DNA of 64,000 nt from assembly GCA_964016885.1 (NCBI GenBank), contig OZ024752.1, positions 25,792,001-25,856,000 on the forward strand, read 5' to 3'. Each line of letters opens with the position of its first letter. Position 1 is the first letter of the stretch. Position numbers and translations under genes: made by a program. Shown in pieces: positions 49,501 to 64,000 of the stretch. The DNA is from Eledone cirrhosa. Lineage: Eukaryota. Below the pieces are notes generated by a model. That model had not been told where the DNA came from. It did not search any database and saw nothing but the letters and a program-made list of their open reading frames with translations.

Positions 49501-52500
49501 ATAGCTAATAACACTAGCTACGACAACTATAACACCACCACCATCAACACCATAGCTAATAACACTAACTACGACAACTATAACACCACCACCATCAACA
49601 CCATAGCTAATAACACTACCAACGACAACTATAACACCACCACCATCAACATTATAGCTAATAACACTACCTACGACAACTATAACATCACCACCATCAA
49701 CACCATAGCTAATAACACTACCTACGACAACTATAACACCACCATCAACACCAGAGCTAATAACACTACCTACGACAACTATAACTACACCACCATCAAC
49801 ATCATAGCTAATAACACTACCTACGACAACTATAACACCACCACCATCAACACCATAACTAATAACACTACCCACGACAACTATAACAACAACACCATAG
49901 CTAGTAACACTACCTACGACAACTATAACACCACCACCATCAACACCATAGCTAATAACACTACCAACGACAACTAGAACAACACCCCCATCAACACCAT
50001 AGATTATAACACTACCAACGACAACTATAACACCACCACCATCAACACCATAGCTAATAACACTACCTACGACAACTATAACACCACCACCATCAACATC
50101 ATAGCTAATAACACAACCAACGACAACTATAACACCACCACCATCAACATCATAGATAATAACACTACCAACAACAACTATAACACCACCATCATCAACA
50201 TCATAGCTAATAACACTACCAACGACAACTATAACACCACCACCATCAACACCATAGCTAATAACACAACCAACGACAACTACAACAACACCAACATCAA
50301 CAACATAGCTAATAACACTACCTACGACAACTATAACACCACCACCATCAACACCATAGCTAATAACACTACCTACGAGAACTATAACACCACCACCATC
50401 AACACCATAGCTAATAACACTACCTACGATAACTGTAACAACACCACCATCAACACCATAGCTAATAACACTACCAACGACAACTATAACAACACCACCA
50501 TCAACACCATAGCTAATAACACTACCTACGACAACTATAACAACAACACTATAGCTAATAACACTACCTACGACAACTATTACACCACCACCATCAACAC
50601 CACCACCATCAACACCATAGCTAATAACACTACGAACAACAACTATAACAACACCACCATCAACACCATAGCTTATAACACTGCCAACGACAACTATAAC
50701 ATCACCACCATCAACACCATAGCTAATAACACTACCTACGATAACTATAACACCACCACCATCAACATCATAGCTAATAACACTACCAACGACAATTATA
50801 ACACCACCACCATCAACACCATAGCTAATAACACTACCTACGACAAATATAACACCACCACCATCAACATCATAGCTAATAACACTACCTACGACAACTA
50901 TAACACCACCACCATCAACACCATAGCTAATAACACTACCAACGACAACTAGAACAACACCACCATCAACATCATAGCTAATAACACTACCAACGACAAA
51001 TATAACACCACCACCTTCAACATCATAGCTAATAACACTACCAACGACAACTGTAACACCACCATCATCAACACCATAGATAATAACACTACCAACGACA
51101 ACTATAACAACACCACCATCAACACCATAGCTTATAACACTACCAACGACAACTATAACAACACCACCATCAACACCAGAGCTAATAACACTACCTACGA
51201 CAACTATAACTACACCACCATCAACATCATAGCTAATAACACTACCTACGACAACTATAACACCACCACCATCAACACCATAGCTAATAACACTACCAAC
51301 GACAACTATAATAAAACCACCATCAACACCATAACTAATAACACTACCCACGAGAACTATAACAACAAGACCATAGTTAGGAACACTACCTACGACAACT
51401 ATAACACCACCACCATCAACACCATAGCTAATAACACTACCATCGACAACTAGAACAACACCACCATCAACACCATAGCTTATAACACTGCCAACGACAA
51501 CTATAACACCACCACCATCAACACCATAGCTAATAACACTACCTTCGACAACTATGACACCACCACCATCAACATCATAGCTAATAACACTACCAACGAC
51601 AACTATAACACCACCACCATAGATAATAACACTACCAACGACAATTATAACACCACCACCATCAACACCATAGCTAATAACACTACCAACGACAACTATA
51701 ACAACACCAACATCAACACCATAGCTAATAACACTACCTACGACAACTATAACACCACCACCATCAACACCATAGCTAATAACACTACCTACGACAACTA
51801 TAACACCACCACCATCAACACCATAGCTAATAACACTACCTACGACAACTATAACACCACCATCATCAACACCATAGCTAATAACACTACCAACGACAAC
51901 TATAACACCACCACCATCAACATTATAGCTAATAACACTACCTACGACAACTATAACATCACCACCATCAACACCATAGCTAATAACACTACCTACGACA
52001 ACTATAACACCACCATCAACACCAGAGCTAATAACACTACCTACGACAACTATAACTACACCACCATCAACATCATAGCTAATAACACTACCTACGACAA
52101 CTATAACACCACCACCATCAACACCATAACTAATAACACTACCCACGACAACTATAACAACAACACCATAGCTAGTAACACTACCTACGACAACTATAAC
52201 ACCACCACCATCAACACCATAGCTAATAACACTACCAACGACAACTAGAACAACACCCCCATCAACACCATAGATTATAACACTACCAACGACAACTATA
52301 ACACTACCACCATCACCACCATAGCTAATAACACTACCTACGACAACTATAACACCACCACCATCAACATCATAGCTAATAACACAACCAACGACAACTA
52401 TAACACCACCACCATCAACACCATAGCTAATAACACGACCTACGACAACTATAATAACACCACCATCAGCACCATAGCTAATAACACTACCTACGACAAA

Positions 52501-55500
52501 TATAACAACACCACCATCAACACCATAGCTAATAACACTACCTACGACAACTATAACTACACCACCATCAACACCATAGCTAATAACACTACCTACGACA
52601 ACTATAACTACACCACCATCAACATCATAGCTAATAACACTACCTACGACAAATATAACAACACCCCCATCAACACCATAGCTTATAACACTACCAACGA
52701 CAACTATAACACCATCACCATCAACACCATAGATAATAACACTACCAACGACAACTATAACACCACCACCATCAACATCATAGCTAATAACACTACCAAC
52801 GACAACTATAACACCACAACCATCAACACCATAGCTAATAACACAACCAACGACAACTATAACAACACCAACATCAACATCATAGCTAATAACACTACCT
52901 ACGACAACTATAACACCACCACCATCAACACCATAGCTAATAACACTACCTACGACAACTATAACACCACCACCATCAACACCATAGCTAATAACACTAC
53001 CTACGACAATTATAACAACAACACTATAGTTAATAACACTACCTACGACAACTATAACACCACCACCATCAACACCATGGCTAATAACACTACCTACGAC
53101 AACTATAACAACACCGCCATCAACACCATAGCTAATAACACTACCTACGACAACTATAACAACACCAGAATCAACACCATAGCTAATAACACTACCAACG
53201 ACAACTATAACACCACCACCATCAACACCATAGCCAATAACACTACCTACGACAACTATAATACCACCACCATCAACACCATAGCTAATAACACTACCTA
53301 CGACAACTATAACACCACCACCATCAACACCATAGATAATAACACTACCAACAACAACTATAACAACACCACCATCAACACCATAGCTTATAACACTGCC
53401 AACGACAACTATAACATCACCACCATCAACACCATAGCTAATAACACTACCTACGACAACTATAACACCACCACCATCAACACCATATCTAATAACACTA
53501 CCTACGACAACTATAACATCAACACCATCAACACCATAGCTAATAACACTACCTACGATAACTATAACACCACCACCATCAACACCATAGCTAATAACAC
53601 AACAAACGACAACTAGAGCAACACCACCATCAACACCATAGCTTATAGCACTACCAACGACAACTATAACACCACCACCATCAACACCATAGCTAATAAC
53701 ACTAACTACGACAACTATAACACCACCACCATCAACATCATAGCTAATAACACTACCAACGACAACTATAACACCACCACCATCAACATCATAGCTAATA
53801 ACACTACCAACGACAACTATAACACCACCACCATCAACACCATAGATAATAACACTACCAACGACAATTATAACACCACCACCATCAACACCATAGCTAA
53901 TAACACTACCAACAACAACTATAATAACACAACCATCAACCCCATAGCTTATAACACTATCTACGACAACTATAACACCACCACCATCAACACCATAACT
54001 AATAACACTATCTACGACAACTATAACACCACCACCATCAACACCATAGCTAATAACACTACCTACGACAACTATAACATCACCACCATCAACACCATAG
54101 CTAATAACACTACCTACGACAACTATAACACCACCACCATCAACACCATAGCTAATAACACAACCAACGACAACTATAACACCACCACCATCAACATCAT
54201 AGCTAATAACACTACCAACGACAATTATAACACCACCACCATCAACACCATAGATAATAACACTACCAACGACAACTATAACACCACCACCATCAACATC
54301 ATAGCTAATAACACTACCAACGACAACTATAACACCACCACCATCAACACCATAGCTAATAACACAACCAACGACAACTATAACAACACCAACATCAACA
54401 CCATAGCTAATAACACTACCTACGACAACTATAACACCACCACCATCAACACCATAACTAATAACACTACCCACGACAACTATAACAACAACACCATAGC
54501 TAGTAACACTACCTACGACAAGTGTAACACCACCACCATCAACACCATAGCTATTAACACTACCAACGACAACTAGAACAACACCCCCATCAACACCATA
54601 GCTTATAACACTACCAACGACAACTATAACACCACCACCATCAACACCATAGCTAATAACACTACCTACGACAACTATAACACCACCACCATCAACATCA
54701 TAGCTAATAACACAACCAACGACAACTATAACACCACCACCATCAACATCATAGATAATAACACTACCAACGACAACTATAACATAACCACCATCAACAT
54801 CATAGCTAATAACACTACCAACGACAACTATAACACCACCACCATCAACACCATAGCTAATAACACAACCAACGACAACTATAACAACACCAACATCAAC
54901 ACCATAGCTAATAACACTACCTACGACAACTATAACACCACCACCATCAACACCATAGCTAATAACACTACCTACGATAACTGTAACAACACCACCATCA
55001 ACACCATAGCTAATAACACTACCAACGACAACTATAACAACACCACCATCAACACAATAGCTAATAACACTACCTACGACAAATATAACAACAACACTAT
55101 AGCTAATAACACTACCTACGACAACTATAACACCACCACCATCAACACCATAGCTAATAACACTACCAACAACAACTATAACAACACCACCATCAACACC
55201 ATATCTTATAACACTGCCAACGACAACTATAACATCACCACCATCAAGACCATAGCTAATAACACTACCTACGGTAACTATAACACCACCACCATCAACA
55301 TCATAGCTAATAACACTACCTACTACAACTATAACACCACCACCATCAACACCATAGCTAATAACACTACCTACGACAAATATAACACCACCACCATCAA
55401 CATCATAGCTAATAACACTACCTATGACAACTATAACACCACCACCATCAACACCATAGCTAATAACACTACCAACGACAACTAGAACAACACCACCATC

Positions 55501-58500
55501 AACATCATAGCTAATAACACTACCAACGACAAATATAACACCACCACCATCAACATCGTAGCTAATAACACTACCAACGACAACTGTAACACCACCATCA
55601 ACATCAACACCATAGATAATAACACTACCAACGACAAATATAACAACACCAACATCAACACCATAGCTAATAACACTACCTACGACAACTATAACACCAC
55701 CACCATCAACACCATAGCTAATAACACTACCAACGACAACTAGAACAACACCACCATCAACACCATAGCTTATAACACTACCAACGACAACTATAACACC
55801 ACCACCATCAACACCATAGCTAATAACACTACCTACGACAACTATAACAACACCACTATCAACATCATAGCTAATAACACTACCTAGGACAACTATAACA
55901 ACACCACCATCAACAGCATAGCTAATAACACTACCAACGACAACTATAACACCACCTCCATCAACACCATAGCTAATAACACTACCTACGACAACTATAA
56001 CACCACCACCATCAACACCATAGCTAATAACACTACCAAGGACAACTATATCATCAGCACCATCAACACCATAGCTAATAACACTACCTACGACAACTAT
56101 AACACCACCACCATCAACACCATAGCTAATAACACTACCAACGACAACTAGAACAACACCACCATCAACACCATAGCTTATAACACTGCCAACGACAACT
56201 ATAACACCACCACCATCAACACCATAGCTAATAACACTACCTACGACAACTATGACACCACCACCATCAACATCATAGCTAATAACACTACCAACGACAA
56301 CTATAACACCACCACCATCAACATCATAGCTAATAACACTACCAACGACAACAATAACACCACCACCATAGATAATAACACTACCAACGACAATTATAAC
56401 ACCACCACCATCAACACCATAGCTAATAACACTACCAACGACAACTATAACAACACCAACATCAACACCATAGCTAATAACACTACCTACGACAACTATA
56501 ACACCACCACCATCAACACCATAGCTAATAACACTACCTACGACAACTATAACACCACCACCATCAACACCATAGCTAATAACACTACCAACGACAACTA
56601 TAACACCACCACCATCAACATTATAGCTAATAACACTACCTACGACAACTATAACATAACACCATCAACACCATAGCTAATAACACTACCTACGACAACT
56701 ATAACACCACCATCAACACCAGAGCTAATAACACTACCTACGACAACTATAACTACACCACCATCAACATCATAGCTAATAACACTACCTACGACAACTA
56801 TAACACCACCACCATCAACACCATAACTAATAACACTACCCACGACAACTATAACAACAACACCATAGCTAGTAACACTACCTACGACAACTATAACACC
56901 ACCACCATCAACACCATAGCTAATAACACTACCAACGACAACTAGAACAACACCCCCATCAACACCATAGATTATAACACTACCAACGACAACTATAACA
57001 CCACCACCATCAACACCATAGCTAATAACACTACCTACGACAACTATAACACCACCACCATCAACATCATAGCTAATAACACAACCAACGACAACTATAA
57101 CACCACCACCATCAACATCATAGACAATAACACTACCAACAACAACTATAACACCACCATCATCAACATCATAGCTAATAACACTACCAACGACAACTAT
57201 AACACCACCACCATCAACACCATAGCTAATAACACAACCAACGACAACTATAACAACACCACCATCAACACCATAGCTAATAACACTACCAACGACAACT
57301 AGAACAACACCACCATCAACACCATAGCTTATAACACTGCCAACGACAACTATAACACCACCACCATCAACACCATAGCTAATAACACTACCTACGACAA
57401 CTATGACACCACCACCATCAACATCATAGCTAATAACACTACCAACGACAACTATAACACCACCACCATCAACATCATAGCTAATAACACTACCAACGAC
57501 AACTATAACACCACCACCATAGATAATAACACTACCAACGACAATTATAACACCACCACCATCAACACCATAGCTAATAACACTACCAACGACAACTATA
57601 ACAACACCAACATCAACACCATAGCTAATAACACTACCTACGACAACTATAACACCACCACCATCAACACCATAGCTAATAACACTACCTACGACAACTA
57701 TAACACCACCACCATCAACACCATAGCTAATAACACTACCTACGACAACTATAACACCACCATCATCAACACCATAGCAAATAACACTACCAACGACAAC
57801 TATAACACCACCACCATCAACATTATAGCTAATAACACTACCTACGACAACTATAACATCACCACCATCAACACCATAGCTAATAACACTACCTACGACA
57901 ACTATAACACCACCATCAACACCAGAGCTAATAACACTACCTACGACAACTATAACTACACCACCATCAACATCATAGCTAATAACACTACCTACGACAA
58001 CTATAACACCACCACCATCAACACCATAACTAATAACACTACCCACGACAACTATAACAACAACACCATAGCTAGTAACACTACCTACGACAACTATAAC
58101 ACCACCACCATCAACACCATAGCTAATAACACTACCAACGACAACTAGAACAACACCCCCATCAACACCATAGATTATAACACTACCAACGACAACTATA
58201 ACACCACCACCATCACCACCATAGCTAATAACACTACCTACGACAACTATAACGCCACCACCATCAACATCATAGCTAATAACACAACCAACGACAACTA
58301 TAACACCACCACCATCAACATCATAGATAATAACACTACCAACAACAACTATAACACCACCATCATCAACATCATAGCTAATAACACTACCAACGACAAC
58401 TATAACACCACCACCATCAACACCATAGCTAATAACACAACCAACGACAACTATAACAACACCAACATCAACACCATAGCTAATAACACTACCTACGACA

Positions 58501-61500
58501 ACTATAACAACACCACCATCAACACCATAGCTAATAACACTACCTACGACAACTATAACAACAACACTATAGCTAATAACACTACCTACGACAACTATTA
58601 CACCACCACCATCAACACCACCACCATCAACACCATAGCTAATAACACTACGAACAACAACTATAACAACACCACCATCAACACCATAGCTTATAACACT
58701 GCCAACGACAACTATAACATCACCACCATCAACACCATAGCTAATAACACTACCTACGATAACTATAACACCACCACCATCAACATCATAGCTAATAACA
58801 CTACCAACGACAACTATAACACCACCACCATCAACACCATAGCTAATAACACTACCTACGACAAATATAACACCACCACCATCAACATCATAGCTAATAA
58901 CACTACCTACGACAACTATAACACCACCACCATCAACACCATAGCTAATAACACTACCAACGACAACTAGAACAACACCACCATCAACATCATAGCTAAT
59001 AACACTACCAACGACAAATATAACACCACCACCTTCAACATCATAGCTAATAACACTACCAACGACAACTGTAACACCACCATCATCAACACCATAGATA
59101 ATAACACTACCAACGACAACTATAACAACACCACCATCAACACCATAGCTTATAACACTACCAACGACAACTATAACAACACCACCATCAACACCAGAGC
59201 TAATAACACTACCTACGACAACTATAACTACACCACCATCAACATCATAGCTAATAACACTACCTACGACAACTATAACACCACCACCATCAACACCATA
59301 GCTAATAACACTACCAACGACAACTATAATAAAACCACCATCAACACCATAACTAATAACACTACCCACGAGAACTATAACAACAAGACCATAGTTAGGA
59401 ACACTACCTACGACAACTATAACACCACCACCATCAACACCATAGCTAATAACACTACCAACGACAACTATAACAACACCACCATCAACACCATAGCTTA
59501 TAACACTACCAACGACAACTATGACACCACCACCATCAACATCATAGCTAATAACACTACCAACGACAACTATAACACCACCACCATCAACATCATAGCT
59601 AATAACACTACCAACGACAACTATAACACCACCACCATAGATAATAACACTACCAACGACAATTATAACACCACCACCATCAACACCATAGCTAATAACA
59701 CTACCAACGACAACTATAACAACACCAACATCAACACCATAGCTAATAACACTACCTACGACAACTATAACACCACCACCATCAACACCATAGCTAATAA
59801 CACTACCTACGACAACTATAACACCACCACCATCAACACCATAGCTAATAACACTACCTACGACAACTATAACACCACCATCATCAACACCATAGCTAAT
59901 AACACTACCAACGACAACTATAACACCACCACCATCAACATTATAGCTAATAACACTACCTACGACAACTATAACATCACCACCATCAACACCATAGCTA
60001 ATAACACTACCTACGACAACTATAACACCACCATCAACACCAGAGCTAATAACACTACCTACGACAACTATAACTACACCACCATCAACATCATAGCTAA
60101 TAACACTACCTACGACAACTATAACACCACCACCATCAACACCATAACTAATAACACTACCCACGACAACTATAACTACAACACCATAGCTAGTAACACT
60201 ACCTACGACAACTATAACACCACCACCATCAACACCATAGCTAATAACACTACCAACGACAACTAGAACAACACCCCCATCAACACCATAGATTATAACA
60301 CTACCAACGACAACTATAACACCACCACCATCACCACCATAGCTAATAACACTACCTACGACAACTATAACACCACCACCATCAACATCATAGCTAATAA
60401 CACAACCAACGACAACTATAACACCACCACCATCAACATCATAGATAATAACACTACCAACAACAACTATAACACCACCATCATCAACATCATAGCTAAT
60501 AACACTACCAACGACAACTATAACACCACCACCATCAACACCATAGCTAATAACACAACCAACGACAACTATAACAACACCAACATCAACACCATAGCTA
60601 ATAACACTACCTACGACAACTATAACACCACCACCATCAACACCATAGCTAATAACACTACCTACGATAACTGTAACAACACCACCATCAACACCATAGC
60701 TAATAACACTACCAACGACAACTATAACAACACCACCATCAACACCATAGCTAATAACACTACCTACGACAACTATAACAACAACACTATAGCTAATAAC
60801 ACTACCTACGACAACTATAACACCACCACCATCAACACCATAGCTAATAACACTACGAACAACAACTATAACAACACCACCATCAACACCATAGCTTATA
60901 ACACTGCCAACGACAACTATAACATCACCACCATCAACATCATAGCTAATAACACTACCTACGATAACTATAACACCACCACCATCAACATCATAGCTAA
61001 TAACACTACCAACGACAACTATAACACCACCACCATCAACACCATAGCTAATAACACTTCCTACGACAAATATAACACCACCACCATCAACATCATAGCT
61101 AATAACACTACCTACGACAACTATAACACCACCACCATCAACACCATAGCTAATAACACTACCAACGACAACTAGAACAACACCACCATCAACATCATAG
61201 CTAATAACACTACCAACGACAAATATAACACCACCACCTTCAACATCATAGCTAATAACACTACCAACGACAACTGTAACACCACCACCATCAACACCAT
61301 AGCTAATAACACTACCAACGACAACTATAATAAAACCACCATCAACACCATAACTAATAACACTACCCACGAGAACTATAACAACAAGACCATAGTTAGG
61401 AACACTACCTACGACAACTATAACACCACCACCATCAACACCATAGCTAATAACACTACCAACGACAACTAGAACAACACCACCATCAACACCATAGCTT

Positions 61501-64000
61501 ATAACACTGCCAACGACAACTATAACACCACCACCATCAACACCATAGCTAATAACACTACCTACGACAACTATGACACCACCACCATCAACATCATAGC
61601 TAATAACACTACCAACGACAACTATAACACCACCACCATCAACATCATAGCTAATAACACTACCAACGACAACTATAACACCACCACCATAGATAATAAC
61701 ACTACCAACGACAATTATAACACCACCACCATCAACACCATAGCTAATAACACTACCAACGACAACTATAACACCACCACCATCAACACCATAGCTAATA
61801 ACACTACCTACGACAACTATAACACCACCATCATCAACACCATAGCTAATAACACTACCAACGACAACTATAACAACACCAACATCAACACCATAGCTAA
61901 TAACACTACCTACGACAACTATAACACCACCACCATCAACACCATAGCTAATAACACTACCTACGACAACTATAACACCACCACCATCAACACCATAGCT
62001 AATAACACTACCTACGACAACTATAACACCACCATCATCAACACCATAGCTAATAACACTACCAACGACAACTATAACACCACCACCATCAACATTATAG
62101 CTAATAACACTACCTACGACAACTATAACATCACCACCATCAACACCATAGCTAATAACACTACCTACGACAACTATAACACCACTACCATCAACACCAT
62201 GGCTAATAACATTACCAACGACAACTAGAACAACACCACCATCAACACCATAGCTTATAACACTACCAACGACAACTATAACACCACCACCATCAACACC
62301 ATAGCTAATAACACTACCTACGACAACTGTAACACCACAACCATCAACATCATAGCTAATAACACAACCAACGACAACTATAACACCACCACCATCAACA
62401 CCATAGCTAATAACACTACCTACGACAACTATAACAACACCACCATCAACACCATAGCTAATAACACTACCTACGACAACTATAACAACACCAGAATCAA
62501 TACCATAGCTAATAACACTACCAACGACAACTATAACACCACCACCATCAACACCATAGCCAATAACACTACCTACGACAACTATAACACCACCACCATT
62601 AACACCATAGCTAATAACACTACCTACGACAACTATAACATCACCACCATCAACACCATAGCTAATAACACTGCCTACGACAACTATAACACCACCACCA
62701 TCAACACCATAGCTAATAACACTACCAACGACAACTAGAGCAACACCACCATCAACACCATAGCTTATAGCACTACCAACGACAACTATAACACCACCAC
62801 CATCAACACCATAGATAATAACACTACCAACGACAATTATAACACCACCACCATCAACACCATAGCTAATAACACTACCAACAACAACTATAACAACACA
62901 ACCATCAACACCATAGCTTATAACACTACCAACGACAACTATAACATCACCACCATCAACACCATAGCTAATAACACTATCTACGACAACTATAACACCA
63001 CCACCATCAACACCATAGCTAATAACATTACCTACGACAACTATAACATCACCACCATCAACACCATAGCTAATAACACTACCTACGACAACTATAACAC
63101 CACCACCATCAACACCATAGCTAATAACATAACCAACGACAACTATAACACCACCACCATCAACATCATAGCTAATAACACTACCAACGACAACTATAAC
63201 ACCACCACCATCAACACCATAGATAATAACACTACCAACGACAACTATAACACCACCACCATCAACATCATAGCTAATAACACTACCAACGACAACTATA
63301 ACACCACCACCATCAACACCATAGCTAATAACACAACCAACGACAACTATAACAACACCAACATCAACACCATAGCTAATAACACTACCTACGACAACTA
63401 TAACACCACCACCATCAACACCATAGCTAATAACACTACCTACGACAACTATAACACCACCACCATCAACACCATAGCTAATAAGAAAAACCTACGATAA
63501 CTGTAACAACACCACCATCAACACCATAGCTAATAACACTACCAACGACAACTATAACACCACCACCATCAACACCATAGCTAATAACACTACCTACGAC
63601 AATTATAACAACAACACTACAGCTAATAACACTACCTACGACAACTATAACACCACCACCATCAACACCATGGCTAATAACACTACCTACGACAACTATA
63701 ACAACACCACCATCAACACCATAGCTAATAACACTACCTACGACAAATATAACAACACCAGAATCAACACCATAGCTAATAACACTACCAACGACAACTA
63801 TAACACCACCACCATCAACACCATAGCCAATAACACTACCTACGTCAACTATAACACCACCACCATCAACACCATAGCTAATAACACTACCTACGACAAC
63901 TATAACACCACCACCATCAACACCATAGATAATAACACTACCAACAACAACTATAACAACACCACCATCAACACCATGGCTAATAACACTACCTACGACA
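10544..64000. repeat. Giant tandem satellite/minisatellite, 51-bp unit AACACCACCACCATCAACACCATAGCTAATAACACTACC(A/T)ACGACAACTAT, ~1050 copies, continues past the window end
   Basis: Continuous head-to-tail 17-triplet units with 45-, 48- and 42-bp length variants. Variant strings recur at kb scale. There is no interruption by foreign sequence. Confidence 0.98.

Noticed and set aside
11007-53616. Plus-strand Asn/Thr-rich mucin-like ORFs
   Set aside because: Recurrent in-frame TAG (AACTAGAAC) is amplified with the repeats, and there is no signal peptide or visible exon boundaries.
25974-61370. 5580-, 3890- and 1573-aa minus-strand ORFs as annotated CDS
   Set aside because: They lie entirely within the satellite, start at chance ATG/GTG variants and end at 1-bp indels, with no unique domains. 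The unit is nearly stop-proof in this frame. Kept only as a testable finding.
10544-64000. CRISPR array or telomeric repeat
   Set aside because: No unique spacers, no cas genes, eukaryotic context, and no TTAGGG-type short unit.

Overview
Eukaryotic, repeat-dominated DNA with no intact host gene. The SINE-like remnants and microsatellite style resemble octopus/cephalopod genomes, which is a recollection and not a search result. Bases 1-10.5 kb hold (TA)n, (GAT)n, (GATA)n and (GT)n microsatellites, SINE remnants and a ~250-bp foldback palindrome. They also hold a 5'-truncated, twice-frameshifted Penelope-like retroelement on the minus strand (RT plus C-terminal GIY-YIG endonuclease) with a type I hammerhead ribozyme in its long 3' tail. 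A second, non-coding ~500-bp element in (TA)n carries a hammerhead with the U3-A8 core variant and its own inverted antisense copy. From 10,544 to the window end is one >53-kb tandem array of a 51-bp triplet-structured unit (45-bp units at the left edge) with mosaic kb-scale higher-order duplications. The multi-thousand-residue minus-strand ORFs in this array are best explained by unit codon composition; a test for this is given below.
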